From NCBI RefSeq assembly GCF_006345805.1, contig NC_043004.1, positions 40,796,001 through 40,860,000 of the forward strand: a stretch of DNA of 64,000 nt. Reading direction: 5' to 3'. Position numbers and translations under genes: made by a program. Source of the stretch: Octopus sinensis. Its lineage: Eukaryota. The notes beneath the pieces are model-generated. The model was given only the letters and a program-made list of their open reading frames with translations. It made no database searches and was not told the origin of the DNA. Below are positions 40,910 to 54,200 of the stretch, piece by piece. Numbering within the stretch: position 1 is the stretch's first letter; every line of letters starts with the position of its first letter.

Positions 40910-41832
40910 ATCTCAAGATTAATCAGCCGAAATTGCTAAGATGATCTGGTTCTTGACTGATGACTGAGGGCTTCGAATGTCCCGTCCTGTGGTTCTTGTG
41001 TCGTCTCTGTGGTGTTTCATGTTCTTGTCCATGTCTGTAATTATTTTTACTGTTTACCAATATAATCGGCGGCTACGTATCCACAATTGTCCTTATACGA
41101 TAAGTATATTTTTTCTCTAGCATTGATATGACTCTTAATCTGTCTCTTTCTCTCTCTCTCTCCTCCCTTATTCCCCTTCCTTTCTTTCCCTCTCCATCCG
41201 TCTCCCCTCCCTTCTACGTTTCTCTATCTCTCTCACCTCCAGCCCCCTCGATCTGTCTCTTTCTTCTCCTCCCTCGTCCACCTTCTCTCTCTTTTCATCT
41301 GTCCCTTTCTCCTGTCTTTTGTTCTCACGTGACCGCTAGCCGCTGTTGAGCGCTCTTTTCGTTTCAGCAGTCGCAGAAGCAACACGTATTTGTTCGTCTC
41401 CCCGTGGCCATTAGGCACAACTTCACAAGCCAGCCCCATACTCAACTCGTCCTGTCGAAAGACCCTTGTCTTACGTCCTGGTTTTGTTTTGTTGTTTATT
41501 TTTTATTTTTACCGTTATTGTTTTTACGTTTTTTGTATTCTTATTGGTGTCACGTATTCTGTATTTTTGTTCGTGTACTTCGTTCGTTTTCCGTCCTCGT
41601 GTTGTATACATTCGAAGCTTTCTTCCAGGGGGTCTAATGCGCTTGGCTTAGATTTCCCTTGGCGGGCTGGCCATATCGGAGCAATCTCAAGATTAATCAG
41701 CCGAAATTGCTAAGATGATCTGGTTCTTGACTGATGACTGAGGGCTTCGAATGTCCCGTCCTGTGGTTCTTGTGTCGTCTCTGTGGTGTTTCATGTTCTT
41801 GTCCATGTCTGTAATTATTTTTACTGTTTACC
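40910..41832 (+). mobile_element. Non-coding direct-repeat-bounded element (Penelope pseudo-LTR or retrozyme-like) inserted in the (TA)n core of a SINE
   Basis: Identical 149-bp repeats at 40910-41058 and 41684-41832. There are no TG..CA termini and no ORF. The host SINE resumes at 41833. Confidence 0.8.
41680..41746 (+). ncRNA. Candidate hammerhead-like ribozyme with permuted strand order
   Basis: AGCAA-U-C / GAAA-UUGCU forms stem III and UCAAGA / UCUUGA-CUGAUGA forms stem I, both in exact register with the core. The stem II register is non-canonical. Confidence 0.45.
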
Positions 41833-42764
41833 TATATATATATATATATATACATATATACGACGGGCTTCTTTCAGTCTCCATCTACCAAATCCACTCA
41901 CAAGGCTTTGGTCGTCCCGAAGCTATAGTAGAAGGCACTTGCCCAAGATGCCATGCAGTGGGACTGAACCCGGAACCATGTGGCTCGTAAGCAAGCAACT
42001 TACCACACAGCCACTCCTACGCCTGACAGTGACACTTGTTTACAATTATTAAGCAATGTTAAGATAAAGAGACACAATCAAACACATTTACAAAGTCGTG
42101 CAAACACACACACAGACACACATATCATCATCGTCAACAAATGGCTGTTTCCCATGCTGGCAAGCCAGAGAGCTGCCCAGGTTCCAATTGTCTGTTTTGG
42201 CATAGCTTCTACAGCTGGATGCCCTTCCTAATGCCAACTACTTTACAGAGTGTACTGGGTGCTTTTTATGTTGATTGGTACAGGTGTTTCAGTAAATATT
42301 TATCCAAGTGGTGATACTTGCTGAAGATCGTGTGTTGGTGGGTTTTTTGAGGTTCTAGCATATGTGGTTCTTAGTTATGCATCTGATATGTGCGTGTGAG
42401 ATAGAGTTATCCACTTTTCTGTATTTGCATAGTTTGGACAAGACTACATTGGAACAGAGGTATGTGTGTGTGTGTGTGTGTGTTTCTGTGTGCATGTTTA
42501 CATTTCACTCACTTCAGCAGAAGTTGCAACATACAGCAGTGTTGCTGTTACGAGTTCTCTCATCCACAAATCATCTTCTCACTTTGAGCCTGTGTGAACG
42601 AGAGATTTCTTTTTTCCTTACCTGGAAAAACAGGTCAAGGGTTAGCAGCTGGAAGGGCATCCAGCAGTAAAACAACACCCCAATAACATATTCATCTAAC
42701 CCCATGTAAGCAAACAAGAAACAATCAAAATGAATCAGAGGAAGTGGAGGGAGAGAGATACCTC

Positions 42765-43290
42765 ATCATCATCATCATCATCATTTAACGTCCGCTTTCC
42801 ATGCTAGCATGGATTGGACGATTTTGACTGAGGGCTAGCGAACCAGATGGTTGCACCAGTCTCCAATCTTGATTTGGCAGAGTTTCTACAGCTGAATGCC
42901 CTTCCTAATGCCAACCACTCCGAGAGTGTAGTGGGTACTTTTTGCATGCCACCGGCATGGGGGCCAGTCTGGCGGCACTGGCAACGACCTTGCTCGAATC
43001 CTTTTACACATGCCACCAGCACAGGTGCCAGTAAGGTGACATTGGTAACGATCACGCTCAAATGGTGCCCTTTTACGTGCCACTAGCACGGAAGCCAGTT
43101 GGCTGCTTTGGCATCAATCACACTCGGATGGTGCTCTTGGCACCCTACTAGCATGGGCACAAGTGCCAGTAAGGCAACACTGGTAATGATCACGCTCGAA
43201 TGGTGCCCTTTAAATGCCACTGGCACGGAAGCTGGTTAGCCGCTCTGTCAATGATCACGCTTTGCACCCTGCCAGCACGGACGCCTGTCA
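42765..43290 (-). mobile_element. SINE family C (TGGTTGGCGTTAGGAAGGGCATCCAGC motif, recalled as Nin-domain-like; (ATG)n tail)
   Basis: Near-identical to 1270-1735. Other copies lie at about 7652, 19900, 26030, 30130, 35560, 37065, 47995 and 62100. Confidence 0.75.
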
Positions 43291-43542
43291 TCGATTTTGA
43301 TTGATTTGATTTGATAAATGTGGCGTTATTTTTGTTATCAATATTCCAATGATAGAGCTTTGTATCTCTGTGAGAAACCAGCTCCTTCCTTACTGGAAGA
43401 CTTCAAATAAAAAAAAACAAAATAAACAGAAGAGTGCATATATAGTCACATACTCACATGGTAAAACACTATGTGCAAAATCCATTAAAATTTTTTTTTT
43501 TTGCAAAAGTCAAGATTAAAATTACAGATGCATATTATAGGT

Positions 43543-43929
43543 GCAGGAGTGGCTGTGTGGTAAGTAGCTTGTTTACCAACCACATGGTTCCGGATTCAGT
43601 CCCACTGCGTGGCACCTTAGGTAAGTTTCTTCTACTATAGTCTCGGGCCAACCAAAGCCTTGTGAGTGGATTTGGTAGACAGAAACTGAAAGAAGCCCGT
43701 CGTATATATGTATATATATGTTTGTGTGTGTGTTTGTGTTTGTCCCCCTAGCATTGCTTGACAACTGATGCTGGTGTGTTTATGTCTCCGTTACTTAGCA
43801 GTTCGGCAAAAGAGACCGATAGAATAAGTACTGGGCTTACAAAAGAATAAGTCCTGGGGTCGAGTTGCTCGATTAAAGGTGGTGCTCCAACATGGCTGCA
43901 GTCAAATGACAGAAACAAGTAAAAGAGTA
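43543..43929 (+). mobile_element. SINE family A
   Basis: Same consensus. Confidence 0.9.
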
Positions 43930-45496
43930 TACATAGTATTAAGCTGCAAAATTTTGCTCCACCCACTATTAAGAAAAAAAAAATATAGCAAATATAAATA
44001 AAGCTTTATTATTATGTTTTTAGATCATATTTTATTATATATCAATAGATTTCACATAAAATGAAATATCAAAAACTAATACATTGGATTATGGTAGCTC
44101 ATCTACTCTTGTATCTGTCATGCAACACTGCATATATTACAGGGTTTTGAAACAATTTATATAGCCCAAAACCAGTGTGTGTTATACATGCACTTTTACA
44201 GTGCATCATATTAAATTCAGAGAATGAAATAATTTTTATTTTCGAGAAATTCGATATTTCTACAGCATTATCATAATTATTATCATAATTTGTACTGTTG
44301 ACTTTTGATTGAAGTTTAAAATTTTTTTCTATATCACTTTCCAACATAATTTTTTTTTTAATATTGTTAAAATTGATTATTTTTGAAATAATCAGATGCA
44401 ACCTTGAGATATCTGAATTTCCTCAGATGGTGTTAATTTTGTCCATCTTTATCTTGTTATTTCCTAAAGTATACAATGTCGTTCAATTTCTCAAAGCATT
44501 AATTTAATTCTGTTTATGTTCTGTGATTTTTATTTAATGGCTTCGTCAAAAGAAGGACTAAGTAGCCATAGCCGTTTTACAGAACTTCCAAAATTGCTGG
44601 GATGAAGAGAAACCACAACTCATGAGACATCTGTAAACAAGAACCAGGCTCAAACACCTGCTCTCCACAAAAGTACCCAAAGATGAGATAGCGATGCTAA
44701 ATTGAGCCACAGTTTAAGTCTCCCACCCAACATCAAATATATCAACAAGCTTCCATCAATCCAAATTCACTTACAAAGAAGCTTGGGTCATCAACTCAAG
44801 GCTAAAGTAGCAAACACTTTCCCACAGTGCTACTTAATGGTATTAAACACAGAACCATGATTGCAATGCAGTCTTTTTGCTCACACAACCATGCCTGCAC
44901 TGTATGGGAAGTAAAACAATCTATAAAGTTCTTTCCAAGCTTATACTAGTAAAGAACATGAAGTATCCTGGGCTTCTAAACCACCTCCCAACTCAGTTTG
45001 CTTGGGACACAGATTGCCATCAACAGCAGTCGTCCCAGAAGGTGAAATGGCTCTTTCAGATCATATCCTTTGCAATAACAGATTTGTCATTGCAACTGTC
45101 AGGACAATGAAACATTTGTCAGACTTGCTGTAATATGTTTCTGAATAAATGTGATTTATTCATCAGCTACTAAATCATCATATAAATGAGCTAAAATTAT
45201 TAAAACTCTAGTGGTTTGGCATTTTGTCAGTTACTGTCCAGCTACTCAACTCTCAGAAGATTAATATTATCTATGAAATCATATTTGACACTTGAAAGCA
45301 CAGGCATGGTTGTATAGTTAAGAGGCTTCCATCCCAATTATGTGGTCTTAGGTTCAGTCCCACTGCAAGGCACCTTGAAGAAGTGTCTTCTACTATAACC
45401 CTGGGTGGACAAAGCCTTGTGGATAGATTTGGTAGACAGAAACTAAAAGATGACTGTTATATATATATATATAAATATATTGCACTTCATGTTTGA

Positions 45497-45576
45497 GGCT
45501 CTGATGAAGCTGTAAGGTGTTACTCAGGCACTCAACTATGAGTCCATCATAGCTTATAGTGGAACGGCTGTAAGCT
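45497..45576 (+). ncRNA. Decayed type I hammerhead motif (probable Penelope-like element remnant)
   Basis: GGCT-CTGATGA-A-GCTGTAAG...CTTATAGT-GGAA-C-GGCT-GTA-AGC. Stem II is 8 bp with wobbles and stem I is 3-4 bp; GAAA is mutated to GGAA. Confidence 0.45.
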
Positions 45577-46592
45577 AATGAAGTTCACAAGATAATCATT
45601 TATTCCTTTGTTATCTCTTTCTTTTGTGTGTGTGTGTGTGTATGTGTGTTACTCGCCTAGATGATGATAATAATAATAAGATGCCCTGATACAGTACCAG
45701 GCAGTGACTCTCATGGCTTCTCAGCTTAACTGATTGTTTTGTCTTGATATAAAAGATGCGCTACAGCAAATATTCTGCTCAATACCATAGATTTGCTTGT
45801 CAGTTGTTGAACTTTAACCAGTTGAGCATGTCCCTTGATGGCTGACAATATGGGCATCTCTGATCAGGAGTAGAAGTAGTGATGGAGCATCATAGTCGTG
45901 TGTTGAAAGAAATTGTTTGGGGTTCGGATAATTCACCTCTGGAAACATGGGTGTTTCGTTTAACATCCTTAAACAACCCTTATTCAAGGACCTTCTGAGT
46001 GGGATGGGTTACTCGACCTGAAGAAAATTCTAACTAGGCCCCACTTGCTGTTAATCTCGATGAGATCACCATGTCACACACATATGGTTGTGATACATGT
46101 GCCTGGTGTATCAGACGGGTAGTCATGATGGGTATACTGGGCTTTGTATATTTTACCCCAGTTTCACTTTGATGGCATGCACTGCTCTCTCACTCAATAA
46201 TAATAATAATAATAATAATAATAATCATAATAATAATAATAATAAAAATAATCTTCTCTTTCTCATTGCACAACATATTGGTAAACTTCTTTGTCACTCC
46301 AATTTCCTGTACCTGTTAAACAAAAATTCCTTGCTATCAGACGGCAGTAACTCTACAATCTGGCTTGAGTCAGTTGTAGCAATCTCTGTTATTGTTCACT
46401 TGCTTACGATATTATTCAAACTTCATATGTGATTGATTTAAGTAGTTTTCCTTCCAGTCATTACTTACCAAATGACAGATTCGGTATACTATATAAATAA
46501 CAATTCATATTGCTTACATATTGATTTGTTTTGATTAAGTAAACAGACAATTTTTACAGAAAAGAAACTAATTGACTGAATTGACCACTAGT

Positions 46593-46641
<49 letters not shown>

Positions 46642-47789
46642 TGCGTGCATCAAACCATCTCCCACAGGAAGATGAATGACAAAGTTCACTACAGCAATAT
46701 ATAATTTTAGTAATGTGAAGTTTCTAGCTAGTTACAATAAGCACTCGACAAAGTGCTCTATATTGGCAGTCTTTGACTATCAGATACTTTTAAATTTAAT
46801 CAAAGTAAAAAACAAAAGGAGGTGAAAAAAAAAAACAGGCACAAAAATTCCATCACCAATAAAATATGAAAAAAAAAAAAAATCAACAAAATGGCAAATT
46901 TACAAAATGAATTTTGGATAAGCAAGGAAAATTTGCACCCATGCAGAAATGAGACTTGGAGCAGAGACAAGAGATATACATAAAATAAACCCACAAACAA
47001 AATAATTGAAACCAAAATGATAATAGAGGCCATGATAAAAAGAAGAAAAAAAGGTCATAAGATAAAGTTGAAATAAAGAAATAAAATAAGGAAAATGACA
47101 CAGCAGGCTATTGAAATGTACTGTATTTGATGGTTTATAAGATATAATGAGAAGAAAAAGGAAAAATTAGATCCCTCATTTTACAGGATTCCCAAACAAT
47201 TGACTAATTTAGGAAACAGAAATGGCGACAAGAATGGACAGACAGACAAAGAAATAAAGAAGTATTGCATACAGAAGTAGAAAACCCAAATTTATAATGA
47301 TATAAACCAAAGCCAAGACATTTGAAAATATGAAATAAAGAACCAAAATAATAAAAGAAACTGCAAATTAATGAAATGTACCATGTTTCACAGCCTGTAG
47401 AGTGTATGCTATTTCTTTTCTCCAAAATCATGTTCAAGAAAATCAGCCTGCATCTTTTAAGCACATCAGGGTTTGTGTTAGTCAGGTGGTGGTTCAGGTG
47501 CTACAATATCCTGTAAAAATTAACCTCAAACATCCTTTTAACAAAACTGCTTCCCAGACTTGTGAGCAAATGTGTTCCATGGTAGCAATGTATTTCAATG
47601 ATACTTACTTGAACCCTTTAGCATTTAAACCAGCCATGTCTAACCCAAATAATCTGACTATTTTATGATCAAACAGGCCAGATCTTGCCTCTCATACCTA
47701 CCCCACAATATCACTCTAAAAATAGACTATCATGTCATTGAAATCTCAAAGCTATGAGGTAATGCATGATTAATTCAAGCACATTTGAA

Positions 47790-47990
47790 GATCATGCTTC
47801 ACCGACTCATCCCATGTTTTACTAGATCTACCTCTACTGTGGAGAGAACCTATGGTAGAGGTAGACCCAGGAAGACATGGGATGAGGTGGTGAAGTATGA
47901 TCTTCGAACGTTGGGTCTCATGGAGGCAATGACTAGTGACCAAGACCATTGGAGATATGCTGTGCTTGAGAAGGCCCATCAAACCAAATG
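47790..47990 (+). mobile_element. RTE-like LINE 3' remnant
   Basis: GRGRPRKTWDEVVKYDL...WR motif. Confidence 0.65.
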
Positions 47991-48514
47991 AAATCATAGT
48001 GGCTGTTGATGCTGGTGTCACATGACTAGCACCCATGCAGGTGGAATGTAAACAGCACCTTTCAAGCATTGAGTCCCATGGAGGCAATGTGGCTGATGCT
48101 GGTGTCACATAACTAGCACCCATGCCAGTGGCACATAAAAACAACTTTCGAGCATTGGGCTTCATGGAGGCAATGACAACTGACCTAGACCTTTGGCAAT
48201 ATGGTGTGCTTGAGAAGAAGACCCCATCAAACCAAGTGAAAATAGTCATGGCAGATACTGGTGACACACAAATAGCACCCATGCTGGCAGCATGTAAAAG
48301 TACCCATTACACTCTCAGTGTGGTTGGCATCTGGAAGGGCATCCGACCATAGAAACCATGCCAAATCAGGCTTGAGTCTGGTGCAGCCCCTCAGCTTATC
48401 AGCCTTGGTCAAACCGTCCAACCCATGCCTGCATGGACAATGGATGTTAATTGATGATGATGATTGTGGATACATAAGCATTACATTTTACAGATTAATG
48501 TGAATGCTAAAAGA

Positions 48515-49092
48515 TTAACCCTTTAGCATTTCAGATTACTCTGTCAAATGCAATGATTATTTATTCATGTTATTGTGAATTAATCATATATTGCCCAGTG
48601 GTTAGGGCAGCGGACTCGCGGTCATAGGATCGCGATTTCGATTCCCAGACCGGGCGTTGTGAGTGTTTATTGAGCGAAAACACCTAAAGCTCCACGAGGC
48701 TCCGGCAGGGATGGTGGTGATCCCTGCTGTACTCTTTCACCACAACTTTCTCTCTGTTTCTGTTGTACCTGTATTTCAAAGGGCCGGCCTTGTCACTCTC
48801 TGTGTCACGCTGAATATCCCCGAGAACTACGTTAAGGGTACACGTGTCTGTGGAGTGCTCAGCCACTTGCACGTTAATTTCACGAGCAGGCTGTTCCGTT
48901 GATTCGGATCAATCGGAACCCTCGTCATCGTAACTGACGGAGTGCTTCCAGTCAATCATATATTATCATGTAGTTTCAAGATTTCAGAATGACATTGTAG
49001 AGTAGATGTGAGAGGCTGGATCTGGCTAGTTTGAAAATAAAACAGGCAGAATATTTGGGCTGAATATAGCTGGATTAAATGCTAAATGGTTG
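48515..49092. mobile_element. piggyBac-type MITE interrupted by a tRNA-SINE (48592-48950)
   Basis: TTAACCCTTTAGC start, with the family body resuming after the SINE. A related copy lies at 47609-47773. Confidence 0.6.
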
Positions 49093-49322
49093 GATGAAAT
49101 ATCACAAGTCTGGAGCAAAATTGAGCAACAATGCATGACCAAATATTATTTGTATAGTAAACTCCATGTCATGTAGTAATTCCACTATAATTCCAATTGT
49201 GGATAGAAAATATGGGATCACGCTGTCCTGGTGGATTCCTTGGAAAGTTGTCTCTTTTTGTGTGGAGACCACTTGAGGGCTTACTTAACAAAATCCATTA
49301 AACATAAAAGTAACTAATATCT

Positions 49323-49549
49323 GTTTCTATATTACCCACAAGGGGCTAAACATAGAGGGGACAAACAAGGACAGACAAATGGATTAAGTCGATTACATCG
49401 ACCCCAGCGCGCAACTCGTACTTAATTTATCAACCCCAAAAGGATGAAAGGCAAAGTCGACCTCGGCGGAATTTGAACTCAGAATGTAACGGCAGACAAA
49501 ATACGGCTATGCATTTCGCCCGCCGTGCTAACGGTTCTGCCAGCTCACC
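49323..49549 (-). mobile_element. SINE family B
   Basis: 17-bp TSD TAAAAGTAACTAATATC at 49306-49322 and 49550-49566. Confidence 0.85.
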
Positions 49550-51221
49550 TAAAAGTAACTAATATCAAGAGGACTATTGTATTTTCCAGCACACGAATTG
49601 AATTTGTCGAATTATGGTAGGTTGTCTTATATACCAAGGTAACTTTGGGGGACCAAATATTCCATGTGAAATGCAGCAGGGTTTGGAAAGCTAGTGGCGA
49701 TGTTTGAATAGTTTTACTGCATGTTTAGTGAAAGCACAGGCTCAGTGGTTAAAGCGTCGAGCTTACAATCGTTAGGTTGTGAGTTCAAATCCCGGACCAG
49801 GCTGCGTGTTGTGTTCTTGAGCAAGACACTTTATTTCACATTGCTCCAGTTCACTCAGCTGTAGAAATGAGTTGCGACGTCACAGGTGCCAAGCTGTATT
49901 GGCCCTTGCCTTTCCTTTGGATAACACTGGTGGTGTGGAGAGGGGAGGCCAGTATGAATGGGCAACTGCTGGTCTTCAATAAACAACCTCGCCCGGACTT
50001 GTGCCTGGGAGGGTAACTTTCTAGGTGCAATCCCACGGTCAGTCATGACCGAAGGGGGTCTCAGCACATGCATGCTTACACTATAAACTGTATTAACTTG
50101 TGTGCAGGAAAATATGGTAACATATTATAATCCCTTGTTGAATTCACAAACAAGCTTTTCACGGGCTATTGACTAAATAGACGGAACTCTCACATCATGA
50201 GGTAACACTATCAGATCATATCAAGAAGTGAATAACAGCTTGAGTTTGCAAACGGGTCAAATACATGGAAATGAAAGCAAGGACAGTATCATAGTCATAA
50301 AAAAAAAAAAAATTGGTATTAAACAACCTTGAATGACCTTTTTTACACGAAGAAAATTAATTACTCTTTTGATTCTGGGAGCACTGAAAAAACTCTGAGG
50401 AATGCTTGGATGACAACAACATGAATATCATCAGCATTACAATTTTGTAACTTTTCAAAATGAGGGAAAATGCTTTAATTTCTATCAATTTTATAACAAA
50501 AAAATATATAATTCCTTTTTCTTCATGTTTTGAATTGTACTAAAAATAAAATGCAGAATTGCTCATAAAACAAGTGACATTGATCATTATATGACACTTT
50601 TATGATAATTTTATGACATGACTTTTTGTGTTCTTCAAATGCTTGGAATATTTTCTCCTAATTTCATTTTATTTTATTTTCTTGTTCCGTATTTTTACAA
50701 TGTTGTTCTGCTCATTTAATTCTTTAAAATGATGCACTTCGGATTTAACAATAGCAACTCTAGTTTTGAATAATTTTCAAATGAAGAAAATATATTTTAA
50801 AAAAAAAGGTTTCAAGTATAACACAAGAACTTTGAACAAGAGGTTTCAGTTTCTGAATTAGTTAAAAAAAAAGAAAAAGAAATAAATTGAACAACAGAAG
50901 TGAAAGCAATGATTTCCAGAAAGGTAATAAGGTAAAAATTTTTGAAATGCTTCTCATAGAAAAATTTTAAAAGAAGCTAAACGTTTTTCTCTCTTTTTCT
51001 CTATATATGTATGTGTGTGTATATATACACATCTATCTCCCACTCTCTCTCAACACACACACACACACACACGCACGCAGATTTCCTAATATAGATCCAA
51101 TGAAAATTATACTGTAACTGTGGATGACATTAGGTAGCCCAAATGGTGAATGTGCTTGAACCCTCTCATTACTAACCAGACTGAAAACGCCTCTGGCTCT
51201 ATGCGATATACATGACTAGAA

Positions 51222-51630
51222 TCCGTCGATCACTTTGTCTCCAACAATTCGGTGCGACACCAGTGCAGAATCATCTCCCTCCGACAAGTCACCCTAACGA
51301 GACGTCTGCGTTGGCTGGGTCATGCGCTCCGTCGTCAACCAGGAGAATTCATCTACGAAGCAATTGCCCCAGCTCCCCTTCAAGGTTGGCGAAAGCGATG
51401 TGGTGTACAACGAAAAACCTGGCTGACGAAAGTCAAGGCTGATCTGGAACCCAACCTAGGCCCCCATATCTACGGCGTTCACTGCTGGAATAAGGAGTGG
51501 TTGGAGATCACACGGTCGTTAACCTCAAATTGCCAGGCCTGGTCGGTGTTTGTGAGAGATGCAGCACTGAGGATGAATGAAGCCAGCTCAACCCACCCCG
51601 GGTCAATGCTGTAAGAAGAAGAAGAAGCTT
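51222..51630 (+). mobile_element. RTE-clade LINE 3' fragment
   Basis: RRLRWLGHALRR...RKTW, typical of the RTE ORF C-terminus; (AAG)n tail. Confidence 0.85.
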
Positions 51631-52934
51631 CTGGTTCTGTAGTACAAATGTCAAGTTTTGAATTAAAATCTTCCACCAAACCTTAGTCACAATTTATATT
51701 CCTAACACTAGCTAAATGATAACCAAATTATTTTACTAAATTCTATGTTATACTTAAAATTAATTGAAAGAAACACAGTAACGAAAGGGTTAATTGGCAC
51801 ACTAATAGACATATACCCAAAGTCCAGATAATTACTTGGTGGTTAGGGTGTTGCACTCACGATTGTGAGAAAATGGGTTCGATTCCCAAACCGGGCGTTT
51901 CGTTGTGTTCTTGAGCAAAGCACTTCGTTTCACATTACTTTGTGATCATCATCTGATATGTGACACTCGTTGCACCTGTACAGGTAATGTCGATTTGATG
52001 GAGCGAGTGAGCTTATAAACAAATCATTTTGTGTGGTTGTTTGGTGAAAAAACTGTCAAACCCTCATACGTCATCTAATGATGAGAGAGTCCATCATATA
52101 TATATATATATATATACATACACACACATATGTATATATATATATTCTTTTATTCCTTCACTTTCTTCAGTCATTTGACTGTGGCCATGCTGCAGCATCA
52201 CCTTTAGTTGAACAATTCAACCCCAGAACTTATTCTTTGTAAGCCTAACACTTATTTTATCTTTTTTTTTTTTTTGCCGAACCGCTAAGTTACAGAGGCA
52301 TAAACACACTAACATCAGTTGTCAAGCTATGGTGGGGAAGGGGGACAAACAGACACATACATACACACAAATACACACACGACGGGCTTTCTTCAGTTTC
52401 TATCTACCAAATCCACTCACCTGGCTTTGGTTGGCCCGGGGCTATAGTAGAAGACACTTGCCCAAAGAACCAGGCAGTGGGTAGGAAGCAAAGCTATGAG
52501 AGAAATGGGAAATAAGCAGATTTCTTTAATGCTTTTAATGAATGAGAAAAAGAGTAGGGAGTCTCCTGACAAAACATTTCATGGTCTGTTTAACCATTCC
52601 TCAAAAGGTAACCCAGTTTCCTTCCCCAGTTCATATTAATCAAAAGTAAATTTATTTAATTTATGGATTTGTTTTGCAAGATTCCTGATGCAAAATCATG
52701 TGTTGAAATAGATATAGTTATATTTAGAAAGACAGAATGGACTAATCAGAACAGGAGGAGACACATGGGATGGAAGAGTTGCTGATGAGGTCACAAGTGT
52801 GTGACAAAAGATTTCTAGATAATGGACATAAGATAAAATAAGAACAATTATAAACGAGTGAAGAAGGAATACATAGTCTATGTGGTTATTTGACAAAAAT
52901 AAATAAATAAGTAAATAAAAAATGACCATAGGCA

Positions 52935-53328
52935 TAGGAGTGGCTGTGTGGTAAGTAGCTTGCTTACCAACCATATGGTTCCGGTTCAGTCCCACTATGT
53001 GGCACCTTGGGCAAGTGTCTTTCACTATAGTCTCGGGCTGACCAAAGCCTTGTGAGTGGATTTGGTAGACGGAGACTGAAAGAAGCCCGTCGTATATATG
53101 TATATATGTGTGTGTTTGTGTGTCTGTGTTTGTCCCCCCAACATTGCTTGACAACCGATGCTGGTGTGTTTACGTCCCCGTAACTTAGCGGTTCGGCGAT
53201 AGAGACCGATAGAATAAGTACTAGGCTTCCAAAGAATAAGTCCTGGGGTCGATTTGCTCAACTAAAAGGCAGTGCTCCAGCATGGCCACAGTCAAATGAC
53301 TGAAACAAGTAAAAGAGAGTAAAGAGTA
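52935..53328 (+). mobile_element. SINE family A
   Basis: Same consensus; an opposite-strand copy lies at 52145-52480. Confidence 0.9.
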
Positions 53329-53489
53329 TCCCAAAGTATAACAAATTTATTACAGTACTTCTTAAAGGCCCACAGCTGGGCATTCTTTGACATTGTGGGG
53401 GGGGGGTGCTGTGTGTGTGATCTGGTAATTGTTGAGCTGTGCAAGTGCAGGCAGGAAGGTCAACATTAAAAGCATAGAGATGAATTCTA

Positions 53490-54200
53490 CATGACAATAG
53501 GAGTATGTCAGAGGTCAGTCCTCAATCATCTGTTCATTAATCCTCCAAGTCCTTACCAAGGAATGGTTGCCTATGGGAACTCCTCTATGCAGATGACCTA
53601 GCTTTTATAGTCAAATCAGTGATAGAATTGTAGAAAAATTCCAGGCATAGAAATAAAACCTAGAATCAGGAGTCCTCTATGCTAACATAAAATAAGGCAC
53701 AGAAACCATAAGAGAAATATCTGTGATGAAAAGGAGGAGGTAGGTATACCATATGGTGCACCCAATGTAAATATTAATAGAAGTACAAAAGGTGTAAGCT
53801 CACAGAGAAGTCTTAGCACTTAGCACTTGCTCCCTTTGTGCCTATGGCAAGTGCACAAGGGTAATAAGTACTAAGAGCACATGTGAAAAATCTGTCTCCA
53901 ACACCCAGAAGTGCTTGATATTTTCTGATACTTAGGGGACCTAATTAGTAGCAGGAGTAGCAAACAATGTCCAGTTTGCTGGACATTATTGTAGAGCTGA
54001 AAACGAGGCAATTTCTACTCTTCTCCTCAGGAAGCCATCTACTTGCGATACTAAAGGCAGCCAGCATTCCAAGTGGTGATTTTTAAACTAATGGGTTAAT
54101 TTTACCATCCAATCTGGGTACCAGAGGAATTTGAAATACCTTGAATTTGCAAAAATAAAAATAGCTATACAGATACATAAGGATCACTTATACAGACACC
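53490..54200 (+). mobile_element. Decayed RTE-like reverse transcriptase remnant
   Basis: CLWELLYADDLAF in frame at about 53567-53606; many stops. Confidence 0.7.

Larger units (their letters stand above)
40682..42020 (-). mobile_element. SINE family A split by the 40910-41832 insertion
   Basis: Tail half at 40682-40909 and head half at 41833-42020. Confidence 0.9.

Noticed and set aside
40910-41058. HDV-like ribozyme or LTR/TRIM interpretation of the direct repeat
   Set aside because: It lacks G1, the P1.1 GG and the L3 consensus needed for an HDV fold, and lacks TG..CA ends, PBS and PPT for an LTR element.
46800-47464. Hydrophobic, GPCR-like minus ORFs
   Set aside because: They arise from T-rich compositional skew, hydrophobic runs appear in several frames, and there are no GPCR motifs.
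49590-49616. 27-nt plus-strand microexon candidate (ttttccAG|...|GTAGGT)
   Set aside because: Too short to distinguish from chance without junction reads.
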